The notes under the pieces were generated by a model, which saw only the letters and a program-made list of their open reading frames with translations, was not told where the DNA came from and did not search any database. DNA of 64,000 bases from Diplonema japonicum (taxonomy: Eukaryota > Protista > Euglenozoa: Diplonemea). Both the position numbers and the translations under genes were made by a program. Of this stretch, positions 25,224-37,527 are shown in pieces (position 1 is the stretch's first letter; every line of letters starts with the position of its first letter). The DNA is taken from assembly GCA_964019335.1 (NCBI GenBank), contig OZ025752.1, forward strand, positions 124,001 through 188,000. The letters are read 5' to 3'.

Positions 25224-26208
25224 CCCTCCCCACACTATACAGCTGCAAGAAGAGAAGGACGCGATCACGATCGGCGCCTTCCACGTGAAGGTTTCTGTGG
25301 ACCACTACAAGCACAACGTCAACAACGATTTGCTGAAGAGGATTTTGTATGTTTTTTTACAAAAAAAAAAAAAAAAAAATTCCAAAACCCACAGGATTGA
25401 CAACGTGCAGAAGATGGAGTCGGAGATCCGCGTGTCCGAGATTTCAGGTGCGGTGCAGCTGGAACGCACGTTTGCGCAGAAGGACACCGAGGGTTTCGAA
25501 GAAGTGGTCAGGAAGATGGAGCAGAACTACAAGGTGAAGTACTTCAACATGTTCCTCTCGGTGGGGATTGTTCTGCTTGTCGTCATCATGTTTTTCTTCC
25601 TGCACTCCGCCACCCACGAGATCCACCTGACCCTGGCATGGATCTCCATTCTCGGAGCGATCATGGCCCTGACGGTGTCCGGAATCGACGAACCCGAAAA
25701 ACACGTTTTTTCCCATGTAGAATGGGGGACATTATTGTTTTTCGCTGCGTTGTTTGTTCTCATGGAGGCTTTAACGGAACTGGGGCTCATCGATTGGCTA
25801 GGCGACAAGATCAGCGAGATGATCAATGCGGTTGACGGGGAGACCGAACAGATGGTGGTAGCTATTATTTCCCTGATTTGGGTTTCTGCATTCGCATCTG
25901 CATTCATCGACAACATCCCTTACACCACCGCCATGGTCCCCGTGGTCATTAATGTCGCGGATTCTACTGGATTGTCTTTGAAGCCCATGGTTTTCGCCCT
26001 CGCTTTCGGAACCTGTTTGGGTGGGAACGGGACGCTCATCGGCGCGTCCGCAAACGTTGTAACAGTGGGTATCGCCAAAGAGGCGTATGGAAATGAAATC
26101 AGTTTCGTCGAGTTCATGAAATTCGGTCTCCCCGTCATGATCGTGACCATCTTTGTTGCGATGGTGTACCTCATCATCGCGCACCCGTTAATCGGATGGA
26201 ATATGTGA
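23480..26208 (+). CDS. OCA2: P protein/OCA2-like permease (ArsB/NhaD/CitMHS superfamily); join(23480..25186,25243..25346,25395..26208)
   Basis: Motifs WIDFETVLLLFGMM, SAFLDNVTT, SNIGGTATAVGDPPNIII, VEWGTLLFFAALF, SAFIDNIPYT and GGNGTLIGASAN. Two GT-AG introns link the two ORFs. Confidence 0.88.
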
Positions 26209-26998
26209 GCGGGTTTTAAAAAAAAAAAAAAAAAAAATCATACAGTTTTTTTTATCCCTTTTTCCCTCTTGTAGTTAACCCCCCTCTCTCCCCATCTCTC
26301 CCTTCATAATTTTTTTTAGTAAAAATTTTTTGTTTTTTCCCCCCCCCTTTTTTTTTATAGGAAATGGATGTGATTTTTTTTTGGTACGAGACAAAGAAGG
26401 AAAAAAAAAAAATGACACCTTCGAGGAAATAAAATTATCACAGTCCTCTACCCCCCCCCCCCCCCCCATTTAGGCCCTATTTTATATATAAAATAAAAAA
26501 AAGAAGAAAAAAACCCAACAGTACTTCCATGGTGGTTTTCTGGCTCGTTTGATTTGGTATACATGTCCCAAAGAAAAAAAAAAGCAGAAGAGAAAAAAAA
26601 AAGCGAGTCTAAATAGGTAAAGAAGAGTCCCATTCCCCCCTCCCACTCTTGCCTGAATTCCCTCTCTCTCCCCCCCCCCCATCCAGAAATTCAAAAAAAG
26701 AAAAGTGGGCGAGAAGCCCCCCCTCCCCCCAACACACACACACCCCTTCTTTGACACCGTGCTTGGTTTTTTTTTTTTTGAGGGGAAGACTCGACACCAG
26801 CTGCTGAGAAGCGGGTCGGGGAGCAGTAACAGAGAGAAGGGAGTACAGTCCGGGCACCCGGCTATGCGCCTTCAATATGCGAGCAGCATGTCCATGACCA
26901 TCAGCTAGAGGAGCAAAACACTGTGCTCCTGTGGTACATCCTCAGTGGGCAGCAGACAATGTGCGGCAAACAAAAGCGCCGCAGAAAAAAAATATATC

Positions 26999-27043
<45 letters not shown>

Positions 27044-28574
27044 CCTTCCCGCTTGTTCTTTCCTTTTTTTTTTTTTTTTTTTTGCTATATCTTCCTTTCC
27101 TTTGGAGTGGCCTTTGAAAGAGGCCGCTTTTTTTTTTTGTTTCCCGGAAATATATTGAGTTTTTTTTTTTTGGTTAGTAGTGCCCGGGGGGGGGGGGGGG
27201 GGGGGGGGTGCACCATTCGGCACCTTGTGGTTGGCCGCTCTTTATTAGGTAAAAAAAAAAAAAAAAAACCGTTGAATGAACAAGAAGAACAACATGCACC
27301 AACCAGCGCACCGCAATATTAGGTTTTTTTTTTTTTTTTTTTTTTTGCGGGCGAAGAACCATATAATGGGAACTGGAAGAAGAAATAGAAAGAATAGAAA
27401 AAAAAAGGGAGGGGTAGTATATATTAAACCCACACAACACTCTTGTCCTTCTTGGTTTATTATAGTATTTTCCTTTTTTTTTATTTTTTTTATTGTGCGG
27501 ATGCACAAAAAAAATGAAAAAGAAGAAAATTATGAAATAAAAAACGAAACCAAGCACGGTGTAATTTTTTTTTTTTTTCTCTTTCCATTCTTTTTTTTTC
27601 TTTTAGAAAAACCTCTTGATTGATGGAGAGAACGAAATAAACAAAAAAAAATGTAAGAAAAGAAAAAAAAAAAAAAAAAACTTCCTTTTTTTAAAAAATT
27701 TCCACTTTCAAAGTGTGCGAATAAAAAATTTAAAAAAAAAAAAAATTTAAAAAAAAAAAAGCAAGAAAACTGATCCCAGTGTTTGTAAAGTTACATCACG
27801 TGTGAGTACTGCCCGTAAGAGGCTAACCTGTTTAGGTAGCCAGCACAGTAGCTGCTCTCCCGTAGATGCAGATGAAGCCCCCTTTTTTTTCCCCCGTTGG
27901 AGTGGGGTGTCAGAGTTTCATTCTGAGTTATTTAGGGTCAAATTTTATTCATTGCTTGTGCCCCTTTTTTAAAACAGGAAAAAAAAAAAAATAGTTTTTT
28001 TCTCACATTTTCCTCTCAAACCCAATAGAAACAGGAGGAGAATATTTAAAAAAAAAAAAAAAGGAGGGAGGAAAAAAAAAAGGAAAAAAGGATCGAGAGT
28101 ACCCCCCGCTGATTTACCTCGATTATATTTACCCTTTTTTTTTTTTCCACCTTGCTCCCCTTTCGATCTCTACTTCCCCCCCCCTTTTTTTGACGCATTT
28201 TTTTCACCTCTCTACTTCATTTTTCTTTCTTTTCTTTTTTTTTTTTTTTTTTTTGAAAAGACCCTTTCCCCCGTTACTGGTGGGTAGTTGCTGGCACTTC
28301 TCTCCCCACATCATCAATAATAATTAATTTCTTTTTTTGGAGCAACAAGACTTTTGGCCGTGTCAAGGCGCGTAACGAAACTTCCCTTAGAAGTCTGTGC
28401 CAGGGTGAGCGGTTGAGAAATAGTAATGATAATAATAAAGACAAACTTTAAGGCGAGCAACTGGCTACGGGGACCCGGCACACCATACCATGTCTGTCTG
28501 TTTGACAAAATCGAAAATTTCCCCCCTTTACGTTTCTTAGTTAATTCACCCTTTTCTTTGACAGTACTTCGAGG

Positions 28575-28617
<43 letters not shown>

Positions 28618-29222
28618 CCTCCCCCCTCTGACTTTCTAAAATTAACTAAGACTTTCATAAAACCTTATTTTTTTTGCCTGGGAAAAAGGGGGGGGGAGGG
28701 GAAATAGTTCAAAAAAAGAAAAATATACTTACTCGATTTGCTGTATCCCACCGACTTCTGGGAAAGGAGAGGCTGGGAGGGGGGAGTTCCAAGGGATTTT
28801 GTATTTCAAACATCTCCCCTCACCCCTTAATAAAAAAAATATATATGTACTTACTCGATGCCATACCCTACCTGGACCGCTCCTTCGTGCAGGGAAAAAG
28901 GGGGTGGGGAGGGATGGAAAAAAAAAAAAAAAAAAAAACAGGAGTTTTTTTTTATTTGTTATCCCTTCCTTGAGCAACACAGGCGTGTGGCTCAGGGAGG
29001 AGAATGGACCACCTTCCCCCCCCCTTTTTTTTTACCTTTTTTACAATTCCTGTCAACACTTTCCCCCATTTTTTCTTTTTCTTCTTTTTTTTTTTTTTTT
29101 TTTTAGTCCGAGTTTCTCTCATCTCTGCAATTTCCTCACGAGGGAAAATGAAAAAAATGAAAATAAAAAAAAAGGGAGGAGGAGAGGGGAGGGGAGGGGG
29201 AACCAAAAAAAAAAAAAAAAAA

Positions 29223-32200
29223 ATGTCCGCAACATGGCTGGAATTCGTGGAACTGATGCAAAAAAACTCGGAGCTGCTGGAGGAAAACAAAGCGCTGACC
29301 AAGGCCGTGGAGGACGGCGGTGAGGTCGACAGCGGAAGCGTAGCAATTCTAACAGCGGACCTGGTAGACTTCGGCTCCATGCTGAGACGCCACAACCACG
29401 CCTTGCTCCACCTGGTGGGGGCGGAAGAATCCCCTGCCACTTACCAAGACGCAGGAACCCCATTACACCCACACCACAGAATCACTTACTTGGAGCAACA
29501 AATAAAAATTATAGGTGATGCTCTTACAGCATCGGACACCATGCTAGCATCTATCAACAGCCAAATGGCGGTCTTGACAACCACCGATTCCGAGGTTTAT
29601 GAAGCAGTTGCGCAGGCTGACGCTGCACTGGAATCGACGCATCAGATAGTTTCGGAGATAATATGTAGTTCGGAGGTGACCGACGGGCTGCAACAAGACA
29701 TCGCAGCGAGACATGAGGTGGCGCGGTCACTCTTGCGGGAGAAGAAACAGCTTCTTGAAGAACGGTCCGTCGCGCATGACGCGCTTCAGCAAGCCGCCGT
29801 ATCGCTCTCTTCTCTGCAGGCGATTGTCGAGTCGTCCAACGCCTCCTACACGCAGCTTGATGAGCAGAACGCTTTGCTTCTCCAGCAGATCCAACACCTT
29901 GAGCTTAATCTGACGAGTCTTAAGACCAGCAACGCAAACCTCGAATCGGAGATCCGCGAGCTGCAGTCCATGCGGCCCAGCCCCTCAAAAGGCAGCAAAT
30001 CGATCAGCGAGGACACCCTAAAAGAGCGTATCCAAACATCCGAACAGGAGTGTGAGGATCTCCGCACCAAAGTATCGGAGCTCGAGGCCATCAACACACA
30101 GCAAGAGGTGTCGTCGACGGAGCAACTCCGTGGTGTTGAGGAAGAACTAGAGACGCTTAAGCAGCTTGTTCTAGAGGCAGAAGACAAAGAGGCGGCACTG
30201 CTGGGGCAGTCCCATGATCTAGAGGCCGAGCTCGATCTTCTGCGGTCAGGAGAACAGATGCATCGGGAGAGGGAATCCACGCTTGTGGAAAAGATCGCCG
30301 GTCTAGAAGCTGAGCTCGCTGCGTGGGAGGAGAAAGGCAACAACAACGACACCGATCGAGAGGCAACACTCTTGGAGCAGGTTCACAACAGGGAAAGAAT
30401 CACCGATCTAGAAGCCGAGCTATCTACTACCAAGGAAGCGATCCTTCGCACACAAGATCAGGTACAGGACCTTGAAGCTGAACTGGAGGCACTCCGAGGA
30501 ACGCCCGACAGCGAACGACGGGAGGCGTCATTATTGGAACAAATCAGCGACCTTGAAGCTGAGCTGGAGATCCTTCGTGCGGAGGGCGGTGAAAAAAAAA
30601 CGGAAGCAGGTGCTCAAAACTTAAAAACCGAGCTATCCACCGCCAAGAAAAATATAATCGACCTAAACGCCGAGCTAGAGATTCTTCGCGCACAAGATGA
30701 CGACGCACTGCGGCAACAGGTACAGGACCTTGAAGCTGAACTGGAGATCCTTCGCGCGGAGGGCGGTGAAACACAAGGGGCTCCAGACTTAAAAACCGAG
30801 CTATCCACCGCCAAGAAAAACATCAGCGATCTAAACGCCGAGCTAGAGATTCTTCGCACACAAGATGACGACGCACTGCGGCAACAGGTACAGGACCTTG
30901 AAGCTGAACTGGGGACACTCCGAGGAACACCTGACAGCGAGCGGGAGACAATATTAATGGAGCAAGTCAGCGACCTAGAAGCAGGGGCTCAAGACTTAAA
31001 AACGGAGCTATCCACCGCCAAGGAAAACATCAGCGATCTAAACGCCGAGCTTGAGATCCTTCGTTCACAAGAAGACGGAACGGCCGGAGACAGTGCACCG
31101 CGGCAAAAAGCTCGTGATGTAGAAGCCGGCACCCAAGACGGCTCAACAGACAACGCATTGCGGCAACAGGTACAGGATCTTGAAGCTGAACTGGAGATCC
31201 TTCGCACGCAAAAAAACAGAGAAGCCGAGCTCACCTCGGCGCGGGAAAAGATCACCGACCTTGAAACCGAGCTTGAGATCCTTCGAGCACAAGACAGCGA
31301 TGCACTCGAGACGGAAGCAGAAGATCAGCATTTAAAAACCGAGCTGTCCACCGCCAAGGAAAAAGTCAATGATTTAGAAGCCGAGCTGGAAATTCTTCGC
31401 ACACGAGATGACAACGCAAGCAACAGAGAAGCCGAGCTCACCTCGGCGCGGGAAAAGATCACTGACCTTGAAACCGATTTGGAGATCCTTCGCGCACAAA
31501 CAACACCCGAGACGGAAACGGAGGATAAGCATTTGAAAACCGAGCTGTCCACCGCCAAGGAGAAGATCAACGATTTAGAAGCCGAGCTGGAAATTCTTCG
31601 CACACAAGATGACAACGCACTGCGGCAACAGGTACAGGACCTTGAAGCTGAGCTGGAGATCCTTCGCACGCAAAATATAGGAGAAGCCGAGCTCACCTCG
31701 GCGCGGGAAAAGATCACCGACCTTGAAACCGAGCTTGAGATCCTTCGCGCACAAGACAGCGATGCACCCGAGACGGAAGCAGAAGATCAGCATTTAAAAA
31801 CCGAGCTGTCCACCGCCAAGGAAAAAGTCAATGATTTAGAAGCCGAGCTGGAGATTCTTCGCACACAAGATGACAACGCACTGCGGCAACAGGTACAGGA
31901 CCTTGAAGCTGAACTGCAGATCCTTCGTACGCAAAACAACAGAGAAGCCGAGCTCACCTCGGCGCGGGAAAAGATCACCGACCTTGAAACCGATCTAGAA
32001 ATTCTTCGAGCACAAACAACACCCGAGACGGAAACGGAGGATAAGCATTTGAAAACCGAGCTGTCCACCGCCAAGGAGAAGATCAACGATTTAGAAGCCG
32101 AGCTGGAAATTCTTCGCACACAAGAAGGCGAACGAGACAACGAGCTGCAGGCGCTTCTAGACAACAAGAAAAAACTGGAGGAAGAAATTGCGAGGCTGAG

Positions 32201-33809
32201 AAAAAAGAACGTGGAGGAGAACCGAAGTGAACTGTCCTTTCAAAGCACGACCTCAACCGCCAATATGGAACGCCGCCACGCATCTCTTTTGGCAAAATAC
32301 AAAACCCTTTCTGAGAAGAACGCCGACTTGCGTTCCGAAATATCTTCTTTCAAAGACGATGTCTCGAGCACCGCAACAAGCACGTCGACCCTTCTGCTTG
32401 ACTTGGAAGCGAAACATTTCGCGTTGAAAGGAAAATACAAGAAACTTTTAAGCGAGCGAAACACCGAATTAAAATCAGGGATCATATCGACAGATGGAAT
32501 GGAGAAGAAGCTCACCGCCCTCCATACAAAGTACAAGAAGACCCACGAGCTGTACACCGAGCTGCAAGCTACCCACGGAACGCTATTGAGAAAACACAAA
32601 ATGCTCGCGGAGGAGAAGAGCACCGATATCGTGAGGAAGCTCAACGGAAAAGTACGCTCGCTTCAAGAAGAACTACGGCGAAGGGACGGAATGAGCAGCA
32701 TAGCAGCAGGGTCCGCCTTATCATCGTTAGAAGTCTCAAAACTCCGTGTAGGGGTCGTACGAGCCCTCGAAGCGCAAAACAAAGAGCTTCACGATAAGAT
32801 AACAGAGGCTGACGGGCTCAGCACCATGAGCGGCACAGACCGCACTCAACATCAACAGCAGAAACTTCTTGAAACCCGCCGTGAATTGCTACGGTCGAAA
32901 CGGATCATGAAGACAACCATCGGTACCGCATGCCAGCTGGCGAACTTATTCCACATTGCAATGACATACCAGCGGTGCTTCTCCAAACTTCTCGCATTTC
33001 GATCCATCTCTTTGTACGAACGGGGTGTTAAGTCAACTGCTTCCTCAACGGCCAAGCGTGACAAAAAGCAACGCAAGCTTCTCGTCTCCGCTCAGACATG
33101 TTTGACAACCTTCGCAAAGGCCGGCACGCTTAAAACTTACTATTCGAAATGGATGAGGTTCCCGTTGTTGGGGACAATCCCGGAACCTGTTTCCGTTCCG
33201 CGAACCCCGAGATCGTTGTTGTCCGTTGGGCACAGACAACCTGGCAGGGTTGTCTTTGAAAAAATTTCCAGATTTGCCGGGATGCTGCATCGTGTGTGCG
33301 GGGCACGAGTGGCGTGGGATAGATGGGGTGTGTTTGTTAGGTTGAAGAGCAGCAGAACAGGCAACGCAGAGGTAGAGACAATGAAGAAGGAACTGGCTCA
33401 GGTTACCCTGCGCACAGGAGAACTCGAAGAAATGCTTGACAAAACAGAATCTGACAACAAAAGTTTGCGGCGTTCGTTATCAGGGTCGAGGGAGCCGTCA
33501 CGGCAGAGGTCGGTGTCGCCATCCATGTACAGGTTGGACGCCATGGCCACGGTGCTGCACAAGGTGGCATCTGAGTTGAACGGCGGGCCCCCCTGCGGAG
33601 TCCATCTCCCGCCTTCCCCGCAGTCCTGCTCTCGCAAGGAGCGCTGCAGCTCGCACTCCCCACCGCCCCTACCACGTTCGAAACCGATCCATACACTGCA
33701 ACCCACGGGGGCTTCCGGTCCTATCCAGGCCGGTCCTTCTTTCCGTGCGCCCACCCGTGTCGCCTACGCACCCACGTACGGCCATGCTTCCCCGAAATGG
33801 TCTAGGTGA
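29223..33809 (+). CDS. Large coiled-coil protein with internal repeat modules
   Basis: Uninterrupted ORF of about 1528 aa from the ATG after poly(A), with heptad-rich composition. Confidence 0.85.
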   Translation: MSATWLEFVELMQKNSELLEENKALTKAVEDGGEVDSGSVAILTADLVDFGSMLRRHNHALLHLVGAEESPATYQDAGTPLHPHHRITYLEQQIKIIGDALTASDTMLASINSQMAVLTTTDSEVYEAVAQADAALESTHQIVSEIICSSEVTDGLQQDIAARHEVARSLLREKKQLLEERSVAHDALQQAAVSLSSLQAIVESSNASYTQLDEQNALLLQQIQHLELNLTSLKTSNANLESEIRELQSMRPSPSKGSKSISEDTLKERIQTSEQECEDLRTKVSELEAINTQQEVSSTEQLRGVEEELETLKQLVLEAEDKEAALLGQSHDLEAELDLLRSGEQMHRERESTLVEKIAGLEAELAAWEEKGNNNDTDREATLLEQVHNRERITDLEAELSTTKEAILRTQDQVQDLEAELEALRGTPDSERREASLLEQISDLEAELEILRAEGGEKKTEAGAQNLKTELSTAKKNIIDLNAELEILRAQDDDALRQQVQDLEAELEILRAEGGETQGAPDLKTELSTAKKNISDLNAELEILRTQDDDALRQQVQDLEAELGTLRGTPDSERETILMEQVSDLEAGAQDLKTELSTAKENISDLNAELEILRSQEDGTAGDSAPRQKARDVEAGTQDGSTDNALRQQVQDLEAELEILRTQKNREAELTSAREKITDLETELEILRAQDSDALETEAEDQHLKTELSTAKEKVNDLEAELEILRTRDDNASNREAELTSAREKITDLETDLEILRAQTTPETETEDKHLKTELSTAKEKINDLEAELEILRTQDDNALRQQVQDLEAELEILRTQNIGEAELTSAREKITDLETELEILRAQDSDAPETEAEDQHLKTELSTAKEKVNDLEAELEILRTQDDNALRQQVQDLEAELQILRTQNNREAELTSAREKITDLETDLEILRAQTTPETETEDKHLKTELSTAKEKINDLEAELEILRTQEGERDNELQALLDNKKKLEEEIARLRKKNVEENRSELSFQSTTSTANMERRHASLLAKYKTLSEKNADLRSEISSFKDDVSSTATSTSTLLLDLEAKHFALKGKYKKLLSERNTELKSGIISTDGMEKKLTALHTKYKKTHELYTELQATHGTLLRKHKMLAEEKSTDIVRKLNGKVRSLQEELRRRDGMSSIAAGSALSSLEVSKLRVGVVRALEAQNKELHDKITEADGLSTMSGTDRTQHQQQKLLETRRELLRSKRIMKTTIGTACQLANLFHIAMTYQRCFSKLLAFRSISLYERGVKSTASSTAKRDKKQRKLLVSAQTCLTTFAKAGTLKTYYSKWMRFPLLGTIPEPVSVPRTPRSLLSVGHRQPGRVVFEKISRFAGMLHRVCGARVAWDRWGVFVRLKSSRTGNAEVETMKKELAQVTLRTGELEEMLDKTESDNKSLRRSLSGSREPSRQRSVSPSMYRLDAMATVLHKVASELNGGPPCGVHLPPSPQSCSRKERCSSHSPPPLPRSKPIHTLQPTGASGPIQAGPSFRAPTRVAYAPTYGHASPKWSR
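30390..32125 (+). repeat. Intragenic mosaic repeats (QQVQDLEAELEILR / LKTELSTAKEKINDLEAELEILR / EAELTSAREKITDLETELEILR)
   Basis: Three module types recur in shuffled order with high nucleotide identity. Confidence 0.9.
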
Positions 33810-33980
33810 AACACGGAGGGAACATTTTATTTTATTTTATTGTATCCCCCCCCCCCCCCTACCCCTACCCCTCTTTTTGTTGTTTTTTTGTACCCCCCCC
33901 TTTTTTTTGTCTTTTTCTTGCATTCGAACAACTACTAGGAAAAAAAAAAAAAAAAAAACAAAACAAAACAAAACAAAAAA

Positions 33981-35525
33981 ATGAAAAACGTTGTTCTAAC
34001 AGTAATGGGGCTCATTGTTTCCGCCACGGCAGCGGACCCCGAGCTGACGTTGCTGAGCGGGCCCTTCGGAAAGGACCAGAGCGGGCCGTTGGGTGTGTTC
34101 ACAGGGGTCGCAGGGGACACGCTGTACCAGCTCTTGCAGAATGATATTATCACGATTTGGAACGTGGCCGACAAGACGAACCCGTTGAAGGTTAAGGACT
34201 TCCCGATGGCAACCATTCCGGGCCCGTGGAGGGGCATGATCCTCGACGAGGCAAGGGAGAAAATCTACGTCCGCCACGAGGCAGACATCACCGAGGTTTC
34301 AATCGCCGATCCGTTCAACCCAAAAGTCGAACGAACCCTCGCGTTCTCCGGTGGATGCGCGTCAAGAACACCCAGCTTCTTGCAAAACGGAAACAACATT
34401 TTCCTAACATGCCATCTTGGGGCGACGAAAACCAGATTCATGGTGATCTCAAAGACGAGCTTCACGGAAGTTGAACATATCGATGTGAATTATATTTCGT
34501 TTGAAACTTTTGCGCTGATCCATCAGGAGACCACCGTGTACGTAAAGTGGGATGACTTCACAATGTCGACAATTGATATTTCGGGCGCTGTTCCCTCTAT
34601 CACATCGACGTTTCCTGTCGAGACGGGGGTGCAGTTCGCCGTGGAGGGGGATTTTATCTACACATTCGTAGGGGGTCCCTTCACGACACCGACCCTGAAG
34701 AAATTCCACGCGATGACTGGTGTGGAGGAGGCTCCACTGGATCTTCCCTCAGCAGGAGGTATCCTCTTCCTTTCAATTTCCGCCTACAATGGAAAATTCT
34801 ACGTGACCACCGAAAAAGCGGTTACCGTGATGGAGGAAACCTCGCCCAATACTTTTAAGATTTTGGAAACCCTGCCCATTGACACCACAGCGGCCTACAC
34901 CATCATCGACAGGGAATTCTTGTACGTGTACACAACAGAAAATTTCATTTTCGGGATCATCCCCGCACCGATTGTTGAAGAACGTGCTGTTCAATTTTCC
35001 GATGTTGGTGCGACCCTTGTTCAACAAGATGTTGGTGTGGCAAAGGCGGTTATGGATCCTGTTTCTGAACAGAAATGGGTGAACATTCCTGAATTTCTTG
35101 AGGATTCAAAGGCGAGTCTTGGTGCGTTCGCCCAGGCGTCGACGGAGATGAAGCTTACTTGTACGGATGCTGCTGCAGGTTGTACGTTTTACATCGTTCT
35201 TCACAATTGTATGCCTTGCAGTTCGGCATTGAACGGAGGGCTTCCCAATGCTTTGCTTGGAATGGGTTTCCCGGTTGGGAGTTGCGGGCCTAGGTACTTT
35301 CCTACGTTTTCTGGAGCGCCGTCAGAGTCTCTTCCTACTGTGACGTTCAAGGTTGAGATTCAGGCAGGGGGGCAGGATGTCGTGATCCCGTTTTCCAGGA
35401 AACTCCTTCACGTGGCGGTTTTCGAGGTGGCTGGTGTTCAGTCCAAGCCGATGTGTCCCACCAACGCCGGGCCGCACCGTGCCTCGGGTCACGTTTGCGC
35501 GTGTTTCAAAGCGCCTGTTTTTTAG
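33981..35525 (+). CDS. Secreted protein with a beta-propeller (LVIVD-like) region and a Cys-rich C-terminal domain
   Basis: Signal peptide MKNVVLTVMGLIVSATA. Repeats IWNVADKTNP, VSIADPFNP and IDISGAVP. C-terminal CTFYIVLHNCMPCSSALNGGLP..CGP. Confidence 0.7.
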   Translation: MKNVVLTVMGLIVSATAADPELTLLSGPFGKDQSGPLGVFTGVAGDTLYQLLQNDIITIWNVADKTNPLKVKDFPMATIPGPWRGMILDEAREKIYVRHEADITEVSIADPFNPKVERTLAFSGGCASRTPSFLQNGNNIFLTCHLGATKTRFMVISKTSFTEVEHIDVNYISFETFALIHQETTVYVKWDDFTMSTIDISGAVPSITSTFPVETGVQFAVEGDFIYTFVGGPFTTPTLKKFHAMTGVEEAPLDLPSAGGILFLSISAYNGKFYVTTEKAVTVMEETSPNTFKILETLPIDTTAAYTIIDREFLYVYTTENFIFGIIPAPIVEERAVQFSDVGATLVQQDVGVAKAVMDPVSEQKWVNIPEFLEDSKASLGAFAQASTEMKLTCTDAAAGCTFYIVLHNCMPCSSALNGGLPNALLGMGFPVGSCGPRYFPTFSGAPSESLPTVTFKVEIQAGGQDVVIPFSRKLLHVAVFEVAGVQSKPMCPTNAGPHRASGHVCACFKAPVF

Positions 35526-35606
35526 AATTTTTTTTTTTTTTTTTTTTTTTTGTGTGCGATATGAAGAGGGGGAAAAAAAAAAAAAAAAAAAAAAAAAGTT
35601 AGAGCT

Positions 35607-35656
<50 letters not shown>

Positions 35657-35809
35657 CTTTCTGAACCTCGTTCCCCTCCTTTGTCTTTTTTTTTTTTTTT
35701 TTGCGATTTTTATTCTTTTTTTTTTTTTTATTCAATTCCAAAATCTTTTTTTCAAATTTATTATTTTCTGTATCCAAAAAAAACTTTTTTTTTCATATTC
35801 AATTATGCT

Positions 35810-35859
<50 letters not shown>

Positions 35860-36338
35860 AAAAAAAGAAGGAATAAGAAGAAAAAACTCTTAACAGCCCT
35901 TGTGGGGACCTATTTCCCCTCTTTTTTTTCTTCCTTCCATTAAAGGAGCTCAGGCGAATGATGCTCTGTGTTATGGGGAGGGGAAACGAAAGAAAAAAAA
36001 ATAATAGGGACACACTTTGGCTAAGGCGAAAGGGATTTAAATTTTTTTATACATAGTAAAGGTATTAGCTGCATACCCTCCCTTTTTTCTTTTTCCTTCT
36101 TTTTTTCTTTTCCTTCTTCCAGCTTCTTATTTTAAATTAGTAAGAATGCTTTCCTTCCCCCGTCTCCCCTCCTCCCCCCCTTTTTTTTCCCCAGCTCTAC
36201 GAGGTGCAGGAATGAGTTTTGTTTTACCAGTGAAAATTTTTTTATAAATTTATTTTAGAGGATTCTCAGGGGGAAAAAAAAAAAAAAAAAAAATTCAAAT
36301 ACCATTACATAATTGTTGGTTCCTCCTCTTTTGCAGGA

Positions 36339-36372
<34 letters not shown>

Positions 36373-36789
36373 GGTTAAGGTCACTGGTCAAAAAAAGAAA
36401 ATGTTACCTTCCCCTCTACCCCCTTTTTTTCTCGTTGCTTTTATCCCCTCTTACTCCACTGCCTTTCTCTTTTTTTTTTCTTCTCTTCTTTTTTTTATAC
36501 CTTTTTTGATGTGCCGATTTAAAGGCCCCCCCTTCGCGCGTTTGAAGGAAAAGAGAGAAATAAAAATAAAAATAACTCTTTACTTTGACTGAACCATTTT
36601 TCTCTCCCAATGGATGGGACACACCGTATTTTTTTAAATTAACCCTCAACCCTACAACCCTCTCGATTTCGCGCCACCTGTTGGCAAAAAAAATATCGCA
36701 GCATGCGATTGGTGCCCCATTTTTTTTATCAGCTCCCCGTTTTTCTTTTCTTTTTTTTTTCTTTTTTTTTTTTTTTTTTTCAAAGGGGC

Positions 36790-37060
36790 AGCGAGACCTT
36801 TGGCCTGGTCAAGGTGCGTAACGACACCTCCCCTTAAGCGAGACATTTCAGGGACGTCTGTGTCAGGGTGACGGTGCTCGGCGACCCAGGCACAAACCGA
36901 CCTTTCAAAACAGGGGTAACATGGATCGCATTTGGCTTCGGCAAAAGAAAAAGATGCCCCCCCACCCTACCGCGAGGGACCAGGCACGCCATGTCTGAGA
37001 GGTGGGATCAATTTTTTTTTTTAAGGGCGGCCCTCCATGAGGGGGTTTGTCCTGCACTTT

Positions 37061-37105
<45 letters not shown>
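36790..37105 (+). mobile_element. Short non-autonomous (SINE-like) element
   Basis: The 5' part is similar to 28349-28500. The 3' part (37024-37063) is similar to the end of the retroelement relic (40233-40271). Confidence 0.5.
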
Positions 37106-37109
<4 letters not shown>

Positions 37110-37496
37110 GTTTTTGTTAAGCCTCCGCCAGTGAGCGAGGTCCGCACCCACCGTCAGCTCTATCCTCAGACCCTTCCCGGAGCAGTGCATGGTGTCTCAA
37201 GCAAAATGCCCCCCTTATCGAATTGCCCTGTTTAGCAAACACGTCCTTCTACTTTTTTATTTTTTTTTTCTCCCTCTCTTTTTTTTTCTTTTTTTTTTTT
37301 CCAACCCGTGTATCGTCCACGTTCAGGTGTTGCTGTCGGGTTCACCGCGAAGGGACCGCAACAACAGGAACAGTTGTGAAAGAATTTCTTTTTTTTTTCT
37401 CTTTTTTCTTTTTTTTTTTTTTAAATGAACACATGGGCAGAGTGGGACAAAAACACCCATGAAAAACGGGGAAAAAAAAAAAAAGGCTATACACGC

Positions 37497-37521
<25 letters not shown>

Positions 37522-37527
<6 letters not shown>

